A DNA stretch of 63,010 nt, counting the filler, from Neolecta irregularis DAH-3 (taxonomy: Eukaryota), in assembly GCA_001929475.1 (NCBI GenBank). It is 10 parts of 10 records of this genome, joined end to end, with 100 filler letters (N's around TTAATTAATTAA, not from the genome) between each part and the next. Parts side by side here need not be neighbours in the genome. Positions count along the whole stretch, not along the records: positions 61,094 to 63,010 come from LXFE01000555.1; 9 more parts are not named here. One strand, 5' to 3'. Positions 61,822 to 63,010 of this stretch are shown here, in pieces; the stretch's first letter is position 1, and every line of letters starts with the position of its first letter. Below the pieces are notes generated by a model, which saw nothing but the letters and a program-made list of their open reading frames with translations, was not told where the DNA came from and made no database searches. A program made the translations under genes and the position numbers.

Positions 61822-63010
61822 ATAACATGTCGATGTAAAGGTCTGCGATTAAGGAGAAGCCGTGAAATACTACAAGTATGAGTTGAGGCATCTACGGTTT
61901 ATATATTGCTCCTTTCAGCCTCTTAAACATCTGTCTCATAAATCTCTTTGACTACCTTTCATGAAACCTTTGTGTCTCATTCACTCTCTGACTCAGAAGG
62001 TGGCACTCCGCTGAGGTCAAATGTCTTGGGACCTGAGGTTGGTGTAGTGTCTAACTTGGGTATCATGAATGTGGCATTTCAGGGGTTGCGTTTGTTATGA
62101 AGATTTGTTGTGCTGTGGAACTGGTGAAGTTTACACTTATTCTGACCACTTTCCTATTCTTTGTTACCCCATATAGACCGGTAGTGCTGCCTTGCCGGTA
62201 TTGTGGATGGGCCAAAGCCAATGGGTTTTTTGTAAAGCCCAGTCCATGGGCCCATGTGACGCTATTTGTAGCCCTAAAGCCAAAATGTCTCACATTGAGA
62301 CACTATCAAGACCTTGTAATGGCAGATTGTAGAGTGGCAATTGTTCGCAGACTGATATTAGCATCGATAAGTTCTTGACGAATTCTATGTAATATATTTG
62401 ATTTTTATGTAATGTTGTTTACAGCACGGGTGTCCCTCTCCATCCCTAGCGGTTCAGTCAGTGCCAGGGTTCCCAAGTCCAAGGACGGGTTGGAGGGCGA
62501 TGGCGGTGCTCTCGCTGCTGGGGATGATTAGGGTGTCGCAGCAAGCGATGTGGGCAGTGGCAGTGACGGGTAGGGCGGCGAGAGGGAGCGCGAGGGCATG
62601 CATGTGTTTGGCAAAGGAGGCATGCAATGCTACATGGCAGCAGGTCTCGAGTGTCCCACAGTCTGGTTAGGGAGTCTGCTCCAGGGGGCCTGCAAGCGGG
62701 GCGAGTGGGGGATGCGATAGGTGGCAGGAGAGGGGGAATTGTGAAGTGAGAGCAGTGAGCGGTGTTAGAATAACAATAAAGTACGACGGATAACGAATAT
62801 TTAAAGTCTAGTCTGCTAATCAGGCTAGAGTTAGACGCTTGTTAGCACACAGGTTCCAATCAATGTTTACGGCGAGTTTCGACTGCTTTGACGAAGGGTA
62901 GGCTCTTGGTGGAAAATGGGGTTGAAGCTTGTGGTGCGAGGCGAAGGTCTTGTAGCGAGGAATCAAGTTATCAAAGAAAAGACTTGACTCGCTATTGAGA
63001 CAGTATCCTC

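Overview
Gene-dense, intron-rich fungal (ascomycete) genomic scaffold with very short (~30-45 nt) introns. Similarity to fission-yeast genes (rum1-like, ypt2-like, tRNA-Phe), together with complex I, WC-2 and NDT80, suggests an early-diverging Taphrinomycotina species such as Neolecta (inference). Nine N-TTAATTAATTAA-N linkers are assembly joins. The window holds about 25 recognisable or probable protein genes (ypt2/SEC4, GCV2, NDUFV2, LNP1, an S8 subtilisin, a PAS protein, FOX2, an E2, TIF35, PNS1, VPS36, NDT80-like, SPE2, GLC8, RanBP9/10-like, WC-2, NTM1, DUO1, rum1, TMEM184, PQ-loop, PXA), three tRNAs, several orphan secreted proteins and a family of ~200-bp LTRs. Most notable: (1) an intronless secreted-protein gene enclosed by ~470-bp inverted repeats; (2) a three-hairpin element plus uORF in the SPE2 leader, and a separate ~290-nt highly structured, pseudoknotted non-coding segment upstream of it; (3) a FOX2 with two dehydrogenase domains and a C-terminal SCP2 domain; (4) GC peaks where G/C skew flips; (5) permuted GSK3 fragments; (6) a six-copy CACGTG cluster. 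Exon boundaries were read by eye and are approximate.
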